Part shown: positions 28,258 through 38,810 of the stretch, piece after piece
Numbering within the stretch: the first letter of the stretch is position 1
Layout of the letters: every line of letters begins with the position of its first letter
From: an uncultured beta proteobacterium
GTDB lineage: Bacteria; Pseudomonadota; Gammaproteobacteria; Burkholderiales; Burkholderiaceae_C
Assembly: GCA_963725755.1 (NCBI GenBank)
Contig: CAVRZW010000014.1
Location: 26,799 to 90,798, forward strand
Length of the DNA: 64,000 bases
Direction: 5' to 3'
The notes under the pieces: model-generated
The model's database searches: none
The model's input: the letters and a program-made list of their open reading frames with translations, nothing else
What the model was told of the DNA's origin: nothing
Position numbers and translations under genes: made by a program

Positions 28258-29619
28258 ATGCCACCGTCCCGTCTTGCCGCCACCGACACGCTCGACAGCG
28301 GCTCCGCGCTGCCGGCGCAGATCGGCAAGTACCGCATCCGGTCCAAGGTCGGCGAAGGTGCGACGAGCGAGGTCTTCCTCGCCCACGACCCGTTCCGCGG
28401 CCGCGACGTCGCGATCAAGCGCGTGCGCCCCGGGCTCATCCCCGATTCGCGCGAGTCGCATTTCCAGCAGCGCTTCTTCGCCGCCGAGGCCGCGCTGGTG
28501 GGGCGGCTGAACCACCCGAACGTGGTCCAGATCCTCGACGCGGTGGCCGACGACGAGGCGTCCTACCTGGTGATGGAGTACGTCAGCGGCATCACGCTGC
28601 GCCGCTACTGCCGCGCCGACAGCCTGCTGCCGCTGGCGCAGATCGTCGAGATCGGCTTCAAGTGCGCGATGGCCCTGGGCTACTGCTTCCGCCAGGGCCT
28701 GATCCATCGCGACGTCAAGCCGGCCAACCTGCTCGTGGTGCAGGACGGTGACCGCATCGTCGATGTCAAGGTCACCGACTTCGGCAGCGTCTTCAACCTC
28801 GGCGCCGACCACACCCAGATCTACCGCGTCGGCTCGCTGGCCTACATGTCGCCCGAGCAGCTCGACGGCGACGCGCTCGACTGCCGCGCCGACATCTACT
28901 CGCTGGCCGCCGTGCTCTACCACCTGATCGCCGGGCGGCCGCCGTTCGACGCCGTGCAGCAGCCGGCGATCATGAACCAGATCTACAACAGCACGCCACC
29001 GCCGCTGGCCGAGCTGCGCGAAGGCGTCTCGCCGGCGCTGCAGTCGCTGATCGAGCGCAGCCTGGCCAAGCAGCGCGAACAGCGACCGGCCGACTGGGAG
29101 GCGTTCGCGCAGGCGCTGTCGGGACTGATCGCCGATCGCCAGGTGCCGCGTGGAGCGCTGCAGGAGGTACTCGACTCGGAGCGCTTCACGCTGCTGCGAT
29201 CGCTGGAGTTCTTCGCCGGCTTCGGCGACGTCGAGTTGTGGGAAGTCGTGCATCGCGCGCGCTGGCAACGCCACACCTACGGCCAGGCGCTGTACCGCAA
29301 GGGCGAGGAAGGCAACACCTTCCACATCGTCACCCAAGGCCAGGTCGAGATCTATCGCGACGGCCGCGCCGTGGCCTCGCTGGGTCCGGGCAGCTCGGTC
29401 GGCGAGATGGCGTACCTGGCGCCCAACCCCGAACTGCGGATGCACACGGTGGACGTCCTGGTCTCGCAGCCGGCGACCACGGTGTCGTTCTCGCCCGATT
29501 CGATCGGGCAGCTCTCGCTGGCCACGCGGCATCTCTTCGACAAGGCCTTCATCGGCGTGCTGGTGCGCCGCCTGCATGCAGCGCACGAGGCGCTGGCGCA
29601 TCCGCGGCGCATCCTGTAG
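28258..29619 (+). CDS. Hanks-type Ser/Thr protein kinase fused to a C-terminal cyclic-nucleotide-binding domain
   Basis: Kinase motifs are GEGATSEV (Gly loop), VAIK, HRDVKPANLL, VTDFGS and YMSPEQ. The C-terminal cNMP fold has FFAGFGDVELWEV..., GNTFHIVTQGQVEIY and GSSVGEMAYL. Confidence 0.85.
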   Translation: MPPSRLAATDTLDSGSALPAQIGKYRIRSKVGEGATSEVFLAHDPFRGRDVAIKRVRPGLIPDSRESHFQQRFFAAEAALVGRLNHPNVVQILDAVADDEASYLVMEYVSGITLRRYCRADSLLPLAQIVEIGFKCAMALGYCFRQGLIHRDVKPANLLVVQDGDRIVDVKVTDFGSVFNLGADHTQIYRVGSLAYMSPEQLDGDALDCRADIYSLAAVLYHLIAGRPPFDAVQQPAIMNQIYNSTPPPLAELREGVSPALQSLIERSLAKQREQRPADWEAFAQALSGLIADRQVPRGALQEVLDSERFTLLRSLEFFAGFGDVELWEVVHRARWQRHTYGQALYRKGEEGNTFHIVTQGQVEIYRDGRAVASLGPGSSVGEMAYLAPNPELRMHTVDVLVSQPATTVSFSPDSIGQLSLATRHLFDKAFIGVLVRRLHAAHEALAHPRRIL

Positions 29620-29657
29620 CAGCGATTGACAGAGCCGGCCGCTCGCGGCTAGAGTGA

Positions 29658-29671
29658 TGTAAACGTTTCCA
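29658..29671. promoter_or_regulatory. candidate LacI-family operator upstream of the GH1 gene
   Basis: TGTAAACGTTTCCA has a perfect AAACGTTT core, and 12 of 14 positions are palindromic. It lies 64 nt upstream of ATG 29735. Confidence 0.5.
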
Positions 29672-29734
29672 CACCGACCGATCGGCGGCGTGGATCCGGC
29701 CGCCCCGGCCTCACCCTCCGCTTCCGGACCCTCC

Positions 29735-31093
29735 ATGAACAACGGCTTCCCCGACCGCTTCCTCTGGGGTTGCGCGACCTCGGCCTACCAGATCGAGGGC
29801 TCGCCGCTGGCCGACGGCGCGGGGCCGAGCATCTGGCAGCGATTCGCCCACACCCCGGGTCGGATCAGCGGCGGCGACACCGGCGACATCGCCTGCGACC
29901 ACTACCGCCGCTGGCGCGAGGACATCGCTCTGATGCGCGACCTGGGGCTGACCGCCTACCGCTTCAGCATCGCCTGGTCCCGCGTGCTGCCCGAGGGCCG
30001 CGGCCGCCCGAACCGCGCGGGCCTGGACTTCTACGAGCGGCTGGTCGACGAGCTGCTGCGCGCCGGCATCACCCCGATGGCCACGCTGTATCACTGGGAC
30101 CTGCCGGCAGCGCTCGACGACCGCGGCGGCTGGCTGAATCCGGACATCGCCGGCTGGTTCGCCGACTATGCGAGCCTCGTCTTCGAGGCCCTCGACGACC
30201 GCGTGCCGCTGTGGGCCACGATCAACGAGCCCTGGGTCGTCGCCGACGGCGGCTACATGCACGGCGTGCTCGCGCCCGGCCATCGCAGCGCCTTCGAAGC
30301 CGCGATCGCCGCCCACCAGATGCTGCGCGCGCATGCGGCCGCAGTGCAGGCCTACCGCGCCATCGGCCGCCACCAGGTGGGGTTGGTCGTCAACATCGAA
30401 CCCAAGCACCTCGGCGTCCAGGCCAGCGATGCCGACCGCCGCGCCCGCGATCTGGCCGATGCCTACATGAACCGCCAGTACCTCGACCCGGCGCTGCTCG
30501 GCCGCTACCCCGAGGAACTGGCGGCGGTGTTCGGTGCGGCCTGGCCGGCTTGGCCCGAGGCCGAGGTGCAGGCACTGAAGGCGCCGATCGACTTCATCGG
30601 CCTGAACTACTACACGCGCAGCGTGGTGCGCCACGACCCGGCGGCCTGGCCGGTCCCGGCCAGCGCGGTGCGCCAGCCACAGCACGCCTACACCGAGACC
30701 GGCTGGGAGCTCTACCCGGAAGGCCTGACCGAGACGCTGCTGTGGCTGCACCGCCGCTATGGGGGTGTGCCGCTGTACGTGACCGAGAACGGCGCCGCCT
30801 TCTACGACCCGCCGAGCGCGATCGAAGGCCGCATCGCCGACCCGCTGCGCGAGCATTACCTGCGCACCCACCTGTGCGCCGTGCGCGACGCGCGCGCGCA
30901 GGGGGCCGACGTGCGCGGCTACTTCGCCTGGTCGCTGCTCGACAACCTGGAGTGGGCGCACGGCTACTCGAAGCGATTCGGCCTCGTCCACGTCGACTTC
31001 GCGACCCAGCAGCGCACGCCGAAGGCGAGCGCGCGCTGGTACGCGCGGCTGATCGCCAGCGGCGGCGCCGCCCTGGAAGCAGCCACCGGCTGA
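29735..31093 (+). CDS. GH1 beta-glucosidase
   Basis: FLWGCATSAYQIEG is followed by TINEPW (acid/base NEP) and YVTENGAA (nucleophile ENG). The start is taken at MNNGFPDRF; the ORF opens at GTG 29690. Confidence 0.95.
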   Translation: MNNGFPDRFLWGCATSAYQIEGSPLADGAGPSIWQRFAHTPGRISGGDTGDIACDHYRRWREDIALMRDLGLTAYRFSIAWSRVLPEGRGRPNRAGLDFYERLVDELLRAGITPMATLYHWDLPAALDDRGGWLNPDIAGWFADYASLVFEALDDRVPLWATINEPWVVADGGYMHGVLAPGHRSAFEAAIAAHQMLRAHAAAVQAYRAIGRHQVGLVVNIEPKHLGVQASDADRRARDLADAYMNRQYLDPALLGRYPEELAAVFGAAWPAWPEAEVQALKAPIDFIGLNYYTRSVVRHDPAAWPVPASAVRQPQHAYTETGWELYPEGLTETLLWLHRRYGGVPLYVTENGAAFYDPPSAIEGRIADPLREHYLRTHLCAVRDARAQGADVRGYFAWSLLDNLEWAHGYSKRFGLVHVDFATQQRTPKASARWYARLIASGGAALEAATG

Positions 31094-31124
31094 TCCCCGG
31101 CGCCGGCCCTTGCGGCAGGCTTGG

Positions 31125-31182
31125 TGAAAACGATTACATGCAACCAGCGGCGAAACCTGTCCAATCGATGTAAACCTTTTCA
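31125..31182. promoter_or_regulatory. two further LacI-type operator-like half-palindromes upstream of the lacI-family gene
   Basis: TGAAAACGATTACA (31125-31138) and TGTAAACCTTTTCA (31169-31182) are each 10 of 14 palindromic. Both are related to the 29658 site. Confidence 0.45.
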
Positions 31183-31186
31183 TGCG

Positions 31187-32200
31187 ATGAGCGCCCCGAG
31201 CACGCCCACCACGCCCAGCACCATCCGCGATGTCGCCAAGGCCGCGGGCGTGTCCGTCGCCACCGTGTCGCGCGCGTTGAACGACACCGGCAAGGTGCTG
31301 CCCGACACGAAGGCGCGCATCCTGCAGGCCGCCGCCGCGCTGCGCTTCACGCCCTCGGGGGCCGCGCGCAGCCTGATCATGCGGCGCACCGAGACCATCG
31401 GCGCGCTGCTGCCCGACCTCTACGGCGAGTACTTCTCCGAGCTGATCCGCGGCATCGACCAGGCCGCACGTGGGCGCCGCCTGCATCTGCTCGTCTCCAG
31501 TTCGCACGGCGACGCCGAGGAGGCCGCCGCTGCGTTGCGCGCGATGAGCGGCCGGGTCGACGGGCTGATCGTGATGTCGCCCCATGCCGATGCCGAGTTC
31601 CTGGCCCGCAACCTGCCCGCGGGCGTGCCGGCCCTGCTCGTCAACACCGGCGTCGGGCTGGCCGGCCATTCGACCATTGCGGTGGACAACTTCGGCGGCG
31701 CCAAGGCGATGACGCAGCACCTGGTGGCGCGCGGCTACAAGCGCATCGCCTTCGTCGGCGGCCCGGCCGGCAACCACGAAGCGCGCGAGCGCCTGCGCGG
31801 CTACCGCGCCGGCCTGCCCAACGGCGCGGCGGCAATCCTGCTCGACGGCGATTTCACCGAGGAATCGGGCCGCGCCGCCGGGCGCGCGATCGCGCGCATG
31901 AAGCCGCGCCCGCAGGCGGTCTTCGCCGCCAACGACATGATGGCCATCGGCTGCCTGGCTGCGCTGGGCGACGCCGGCCTCACGGTGCCGCGGGACATCG
32001 CGCTGGCGGGCTTCGACGACATCCCGATCGCGCGCTACCTGACCCCCGCGCTGAGCACCGTGCGCGTGGGCATCGCCGAGCTCGGCCGGCGCGCGCTCGA
32101 AGGCCTGGTCACGTCGATCGACGCTGCCGGCCGCGAGGCCGACGTGCACGAGACCGTGCCGACCGAGCTCGTCGTGCGCGAGTCCTGCGGCTTCGGCTGA
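31187..32200 (+). CDS. LacI-family transcriptional regulator
   Basis: The HTH is TIRDVAKAAGVSVATVSRALN. The periplasmic-binding-protein-like effector domain includes AVFAANDMMAIG and PALSTVR. Confidence 0.9.
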   Translation: MSAPSTPTTPSTIRDVAKAAGVSVATVSRALNDTGKVLPDTKARILQAAAALRFTPSGAARSLIMRRTETIGALLPDLYGEYFSELIRGIDQAARGRRLHLLVSSSHGDAEEAAAALRAMSGRVDGLIVMSPHADAEFLARNLPAGVPALLVNTGVGLAGHSTIAVDNFGGAKAMTQHLVARGYKRIAFVGGPAGNHEARERLRGYRAGLPNGAAAILLDGDFTEESGRAAGRAIARMKPRPQAVFAANDMMAIGCLAALGDAGLTVPRDIALAGFDDIPIARYLTPALSTVRVGIAELGRRALEGLVTSIDAAGREADVHETVPTELVVRESCGFG

Positions 32201-32258
32201 GACGCGCGCTGCCGCCGCCCCCAACGATTCCACCCAGAACCGACAACCGGAGACAACC

Positions 32259-35195
32259 ATGAGCCCCCATGCAAGCAAGATCCGCCGCCACGCCCTCGCG
32301 GTGGCCGCCGCCCTGGCACTGGCCGGCGCCGCACACGCCCAGCTCGCCTCGTCCACGATCAAGGGTCAGATCACCGTCGGCGGCGGCGTCGCGGCGCAGC
32401 CCGGCACCGTGATTACCGCGGTCAACCAGGCCACCGGCAACACCTGGCGCACGACCGCCCGCGCCGACGGCAGCTACGTGCTGACCGGCCTGGCGCCGGG
32501 CTCGTACGAGATCCGGGTCGTCGGCCCCGGCGGCACGGTGCAGACCCAGGTCGTCACGGTCCAGGTCGGCGAGACGGCATCGATCGACCTCGCGCTCGAA
32601 GGCTCGCAACAGGTCACCATCGTCGGCTCGCTGCAACGCAAGGAGGTGCGCAACTCCGAGCTCGGCACCTCGGTCTCGCGCAAGCTGATCGACAGCCTGC
32701 CGCAGGCCACGCACAACTTCCTCAGCGCCGCCGACCTCGCGCCCGGCGTGGCCTTCGAGACCGACGGCAGCGGCAACGCCCGGCTCCAAGCCGGGGCGCA
32801 GAACTTCGACCACGTCAACGTCTACATCGACGGCGTCGGGATGAAGAACAACATCCTGCGCGGCGGGCTGACCGGGCAGGACAGCTCGCGCGGCAACCCG
32901 TTCCCGCAGTCGGCGATCGCCGAGTACCGCGTCATCTCGCAGAACTACAAGGCCGAGTACGAGCAGGTCTCCAGCGCCGCGATCACCGCCGTGACCAAGT
33001 CGGGCGGCAACGAGTTCCACGGCGACGCCTATGTCGACCGCACCGGCACCAACTGGCGTGCGCTGTCACCGTTCGAGAAGCAGAAGGAGGCGCAGGGCGT
33101 GGCGCTGCCGCCCTCGTCGAAGAACGAGTACGGCTTCAGCTTCGGCGGCCCGATCAAGAAGGACGAGGCGCATTTCTTCTTCGCCTACGACGGCAAGCGG
33201 ATCGAGGATTCGCGCCAGGTCGTGCCGCAGAACCTGGGCCTGCTGCCCGCCGGCCTGGGCATCGTGCCCTCGCTGGTGGCGGCCCAGGGCAGCCAGGTGG
33301 ACAAGTTCACCGAGCACCTGCTGTTCGGCAAGGTCGATCTCGAGCTCGGCGACGAGCAGCACCTGGCTGCCAGCGTGCGCGTGCGCCGCGAGTCCGACCA
33401 CGTGCCCGAGAACAGCAATCTCAGCGCGCCGGGCAACGACAAGAACCGCAGCAACGACGAGACCGCGTTCGACCTGTCGCACGAGTGGACGCACGGCGAC
33501 TGGTACAACGAGCTGCGCGCCGGCTACGAGAGCGCGGTCTGGAACCCGCATTCTTCGGCCACCACGCCCTTCGTCCGCTACAAGGTCTCGACGGCCGACC
33601 CGCAGCAGCTCGGGCAGTCGCAGGACGTCCTCTACACCGGCGGCTCGCCCGACGCGCAGAAGCGCGGCCAGAAGGGCCCCTACCTGGCCGAGAACCTGAC
33701 TTTCACCGGCCTGTCCGGGCATGTGTTCAAGGGCGGCCTGGGCATCAAGGCGATGCGCTACGACCTGTCGGGCACGGCCAACAGCGTGGACACCGTCGAC
33801 GCCCTGATCGACACCACCACCGGCCTGCCCTACTACGACGGCAGCCATTGCACCGGCACCAACTTCAGCAGCACCGGCCCGACCGAGACCACCGACCAGT
33901 GCCGGATCTCGCGCGCGATCCCGGGCACCGACGTCAACTACAGCAACAGCCAGATCGGCCTGTACATCCAGGACGACTGGTCGGTCACGAGGCAGCTCGA
34001 GTTCAACCTCGGCGTGCGCTACGACTTCGAGACCAACATGCTCAACAACGGCTACGTCACGCCGGCCGACCGGGTGGCGGCGCTGTATGCGCTGGACGTG
34101 CCGCGCTACGGCATCACGCCGACGGACGGGCAGACCTACGCCCAATCGCTGGCCAAGGGCGGCGTCAACATCGGCGACTACATTGCCGACGGCCACTCGC
34201 GCAAGACCTTCAGGGGCGGGATCGCGCCGCGGCTGGGCGCGTCGTACGACCTGCGCGGCGACCGCAACACGGTGCTGTTCGCCGGCTGGGGCCGCGCCTA
34301 CGACCGCACGATGGCCAACCATGCGCTCGACGAGCTGCAGAAGAACGCGCAGCCCAACGGCGAGATCTGGCTGATCCGCAACGACTTCAAGATGCCCTAC
34401 GCCGACCAGTTCACGCTCGGCCTGCGCCAGGCCGTGGGCCAGTGGAACGCCGAGGTGGCCGTCAGCCAGGTCCAGGCCAAGAACCAGTTCTTCTGGTTCA
34501 GCGGCAACCGTGACGCGAACGGCGGCTACGCCGACCAGAGCCCGATCGACCCGCTGTGGGGCGGGCCCAACGGCTACGGCTCGCTCATCCTGGGCGACTT
34601 CGTCGGCCAGACCAAGACCAACTCGCTGCTGGTGAAGGTCGAGAAGCCCTACACCCAGGCTTCGGGCTGGGCCGTCAACGTGGCCTACACGCACAGCGAC
34701 GCGAAGACGACCAACCGCGACTGGAACAACGACATCTTCGACTGGACCGCCGGCAAGCCCGGCGCGCATGGCTGGAACCCGTCGACCCTGGTCGACAAGG
34801 ACCGCGTCGTCGTCGCCGGCCTGGCCGACAAGCTGCTGCCCTGGGGGTTGGCGGTCTCGGGCAAGCTCACCTGGGCCAGCGGGATGCCGCGCCGGATCAT
34901 CAGCTGCGCGGCGGGCTGGGACAAGTGCATCGCCGTCGAAGGCGATGCGACGAGCTTCCGCCAGCTCGATGCCGGGATCAGCAAGGCCATCAAGTTCGGG
35001 GCCGCCAGCTTCACCTTGCGCGCCGACGTGCTGAACCTCTTCAACACCGTCAACTACGGCGGCTTCGACGACTGGGGTGGCGGCCCGGGCAACCCGCAGA
35101 ACGCGGTCGGCGGCGACAACCCCAACCTCGGCACGCCCAATTCGATCCGTGGCGACACGCGCACGCTGCGCCTGGCACTCAGCGCCAGTTTCTGA
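32259..35195 (+). CDS. TonB-dependent receptor with an N-terminal carboxypeptidase-regulatory-like domain (oligosaccharide type)
   Basis: The signal peptide ends ...AGAAHA. The CarbopepD_reg-like region is GQITVGG...DGSYVLTGLAPGSYEIRV. The plug includes NVYIDGVGMKN. The 978-aa barrel ends ...LRLALSASF with a terminal Phe. Confidence 0.9.
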   Translation: MSPHASKIRRHALAVAAALALAGAAHAQLASSTIKGQITVGGGVAAQPGTVITAVNQATGNTWRTTARADGSYVLTGLAPGSYEIRVVGPGGTVQTQVVTVQVGETASIDLALEGSQQVTIVGSLQRKEVRNSELGTSVSRKLIDSLPQATHNFLSAADLAPGVAFETDGSGNARLQAGAQNFDHVNVYIDGVGMKNNILRGGLTGQDSSRGNPFPQSAIAEYRVISQNYKAEYEQVSSAAITAVTKSGGNEFHGDAYVDRTGTNWRALSPFEKQKEAQGVALPPSSKNEYGFSFGGPIKKDEAHFFFAYDGKRIEDSRQVVPQNLGLLPAGLGIVPSLVAAQGSQVDKFTEHLLFGKVDLELGDEQHLAASVRVRRESDHVPENSNLSAPGNDKNRSNDETAFDLSHEWTHGDWYNELRAGYESAVWNPHSSATTPFVRYKVSTADPQQLGQSQDVLYTGGSPDAQKRGQKGPYLAENLTFTGLSGHVFKGGLGIKAMRYDLSGTANSVDTVDALIDTTTGLPYYDGSHCTGTNFSSTGPTETTDQCRISRAIPGTDVNYSNSQIGLYIQDDWSVTRQLEFNLGVRYDFETNMLNNGYVTPADRVAALYALDVPRYGITPTDGQTYAQSLAKGGVNIGDYIADGHSRKTFRGGIAPRLGASYDLRGDRNTVLFAGWGRAYDRTMANHALDELQKNAQPNGEIWLIRNDFKMPYADQFTLGLRQAVGQWNAEVAVSQVQAKNQFFWFSGNRDANGGYADQSPIDPLWGGPNGYGSLILGDFVGQTKTNSLLVKVEKPYTQASGWAVNVAYTHSDAKTTNRDWNNDIFDWTAGKPGAHGWNPSTLVDKDRVVVAGLADKLLPWGLAVSGKLTWASGMPRRIISCAAGWDKCIAVEGDATSFRQLDAGISKAIKFGAASFTLRADVLNLFNTVNYGGFDDWGGGPGNPQNAVGGDNPNLGTPNSIRGDTRTLRLALSASF

Positions 35196-35198
35196 GCC

Positions 35199-36614
<1,416 letters not shown>

Positions 36615-36628
36615 GCGCCTGTGAAGAC

Positions 36629-37906
36629 ATGCCGCTGACGCGCCGTCACTGCCTGGCCGGTGCGGCCGCGCTCGGCGCTGCGGCCTGCACGCGCGGCGAC
36701 GGGCGCACGATCCGCTTCTGGGCCATGGGCCGCGAAGGCGAGGTCGCGGTCGAGCTCGTGGCGGGCTTCGAGCGCGAGAACCCCGGCGTGCGGGTGCAGG
36801 TCGAGCAGCTGCCGTGGACCGCCGCCCACGAGAAGCTGCTCACCGCCTTCGCCGGCGACGCCACGCCCGACCTCGCGCAGATGGGCAACACCTGGCTGCC
36901 CGAGATGGCGGCGCTGGGCGCGATCGAGCCGCTGGCCGGCCGGCTCGCCGCCACGCCGTCGATCGTGCCCGCCGACCACTTCGCCGGCATCTGGCAGACC
37001 AACCAGGTCGACGGCGTGCGCGTCGGCGTGCCCTGGTACGTCGACACGCGGCTGCTGTTCCTGCGCAGCGACCTGCTGGCCGCGGCCGGCTTCAGGTCGC
37101 CGCCCACCGACTGGGCCGACTGGGTGCGCTGCATGGCCGCGCTGCAGCGCCGCGGCACGGCCACGCCGATCCTGCTGCCGACCAACGAATTCGAACCGCT
37201 GCTGGCACTCGGTCTGCAGACCGGCGGCGGGCTGCTGCGCGACGGCGGCCGCTATGGCAACTTCTCGGGCCCGGACTTTCGCCGCGCGCTGCAGTTCTAT
37301 CTGCAGCTCTTCGAGCGCGGCTTCGCGCCCGGCGTCAGCAACAACCAGATCGCCAACGTCTGGCAGGAGTTCGCGCGCGGCAGCTTCGCCTTCTACATCA
37401 CCGGCCCCTGGCAGATCGGCGAGTTCAAGCGCCGGCTGCCGGCTTCGTTGCAGTCGAGCTGGGCTACCGCACCACTGCCCGGCCCCGACGGCCCCGGGGC
37501 GTCGATCGCAGGCGGCTCGAGCCTGGTGCTGTTCCGTCGTTCGCGCGTGCAGGCGCTGGCCTGGAAGCTGGTCGAGTACCTCGCGCGGCCGGCGGTGCAG
37601 CTGGAGTTCTACCGCCTCACCGGCAATCTGCCGCCGCGGCGCAGCACCTGGGCGCTGCCACTCGACGGTGGCCCGCCGCTGACCGAGAACGTCCACGCAC
37701 GTGCCTTCGCCGAGCAGCTCGAGCGCGTGCGCCCGACGCCGGCGGTGCCCGAGTGGGAGCGCATCGCGCAGGAGATGCAGCTCGCCGCAGCGCGTGCGAT
37801 CGCCGGCCGCGCGGGCGTCGACGCCACGCTGCACGCGCTCGACGCGCGCGTCGATGCGATCCTCGAGAAGCGGCGCTGGATGCTGGCCCGTGCCGCGGTG
37901 GCCTGA
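36629..37906 (+). CDS. ABC transporter sugar-binding lipoprotein (CUT1 / family 1 SBP)
   Basis: The signal and lipobox are ...LGAAAC. WAMGREGE, PDLAQMGNTWLPE and GVPWYVDTRLLF are typical of extracellular solute-binding protein family 1. Confidence 0.85.
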   Translation: MPLTRRHCLAGAAALGAAACTRGDGRTIRFWAMGREGEVAVELVAGFERENPGVRVQVEQLPWTAAHEKLLTAFAGDATPDLAQMGNTWLPEMAALGAIEPLAGRLAATPSIVPADHFAGIWQTNQVDGVRVGVPWYVDTRLLFLRSDLLAAAGFRSPPTDWADWVRCMAALQRRGTATPILLPTNEFEPLLALGLQTGGGLLRDGGRYGNFSGPDFRRALQFYLQLFERGFAPGVSNNQIANVWQEFARGSFAFYITGPWQIGEFKRRLPASLQSSWATAPLPGPDGPGASIAGGSSLVLFRRSRVQALAWKLVEYLARPAVQLEFYRLTGNLPPRRSTWALPLDGGPPLTENVHARAFAEQLERVRPTPAVPEWERIAQEMQLAAARAIAGRAGVDATLHALDARVDAILEKRRWMLARAAVA

Positions 37907-37913
37907 GCGCGCG

Positions 37914-38810
37914 ATGAGCAGCCGCCGTTCGTCGCTCGCCGCCTGGGGCTTCGCCGCGCCGGCGCTGGCCGTGATCGCGCTGTTCTTCGTGCTGCCGGTG
38001 ATCGCGGGCCTGGCCCTGAGCCTGACCGACTTCGACATCTACGCCCTGGCCAGCCTGCGCAACCTGCGCTTCGTCGGCCTGGACAACTACGTCCAGATGC
38101 TGCAGCGGCCGCTGTTCTGGACCGCGCTGGCCAACACCGCGTATTTCGTGGTCGTCGGCGTACCGCTGTCGATCGGCGTCTCGCTGGCGACGGCGCTGCT
38201 GCTGCAGTCGAAGCTGGCGCGTTTCAAGCCGCTGTTCCGTACCGCGCTGTTCGCGCCGGTGGTGACCACGCTGGTTGCGGTGGCGGTGATCTGGCGCTAC
38301 CTGCTGCATGTGCGCTACGGCCTCGTCAACCAGGCCCTGCAGGCGCTGGGCTTGTCGCCGATCGACTGGCTGGGCGATCCGCACTGGGCGATGCCGGCGA
38401 TCATCGTCTTCGCGGCCTGGAAGAACTTCGGCGGCAACATGATCATCTTCGTCGCCGCGCTGCAGGCGATCCCCGAGGACCTGTACGAGGCCGCGCGGCT
38501 GGACGGCGCGCGCACCTGGGCACAGATCCGCCACATCACGCTGCCCTCGCTGGCGCCGACGCTGCTGATGGTCAGCATCCTCACCACCGCCGGCTACTTC
38601 CAGCTCTTCGCCGAGCCCTACGTGATGACCCAGGGTGGCCCGCTGCAGAGCACGGTCAGCGTGCTCTACCTGATGTACGACGAAGGCTTCAAGTGGTGGA
38701 ACCTGGGTGCCGCGTCCGCTGTCGCCTTCCTCCTGTTCCTGATCATCATCGCGGTCACCAAGGGCCTGCTGTGGCTGGCCGCGCGCTGGACGCCGGGGGC
38801 CGCCGCATGA
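37914..38810 (+). CDS. carbohydrate ABC transporter permease
   Basis: The protein has six TM segments and the EAA loop YEAARLDGARTWAQIRHITLP. Confidence 0.9.
   Translation: MSSRRSSLAAWGFAAPALAVIALFFVLPVIAGLALSLTDFDIYALASLRNLRFVGLDNYVQMLQRPLFWTALANTAYFVVVGVPLSIGVSLATALLLQSKLARFKPLFRTALFAPVVTTLVAVAVIWRYLLHVRYGLVNQALQALGLSPIDWLGDPHWAMPAIIVFAAWKNFGGNMIIFVAALQAIPEDLYEAARLDGARTWAQIRHITLPSLAPTLLMVSILTTAGYFQLFAEPYVMTQGGPLQSTVSVLYLMYDEGFKWWNLGAASAVAFLLFLIIIAVTKGLLWLAARWTPGAAA

Noticed and set aside
25767-28439. An 890-aa minus-strand ORF covering argS in another frame.
   Set aside because: Only its last 207 codons, from [11 protein letters not shown], form a coherent SPOR-domain protein. The rest overlaps argS out of frame and is low-complexity.
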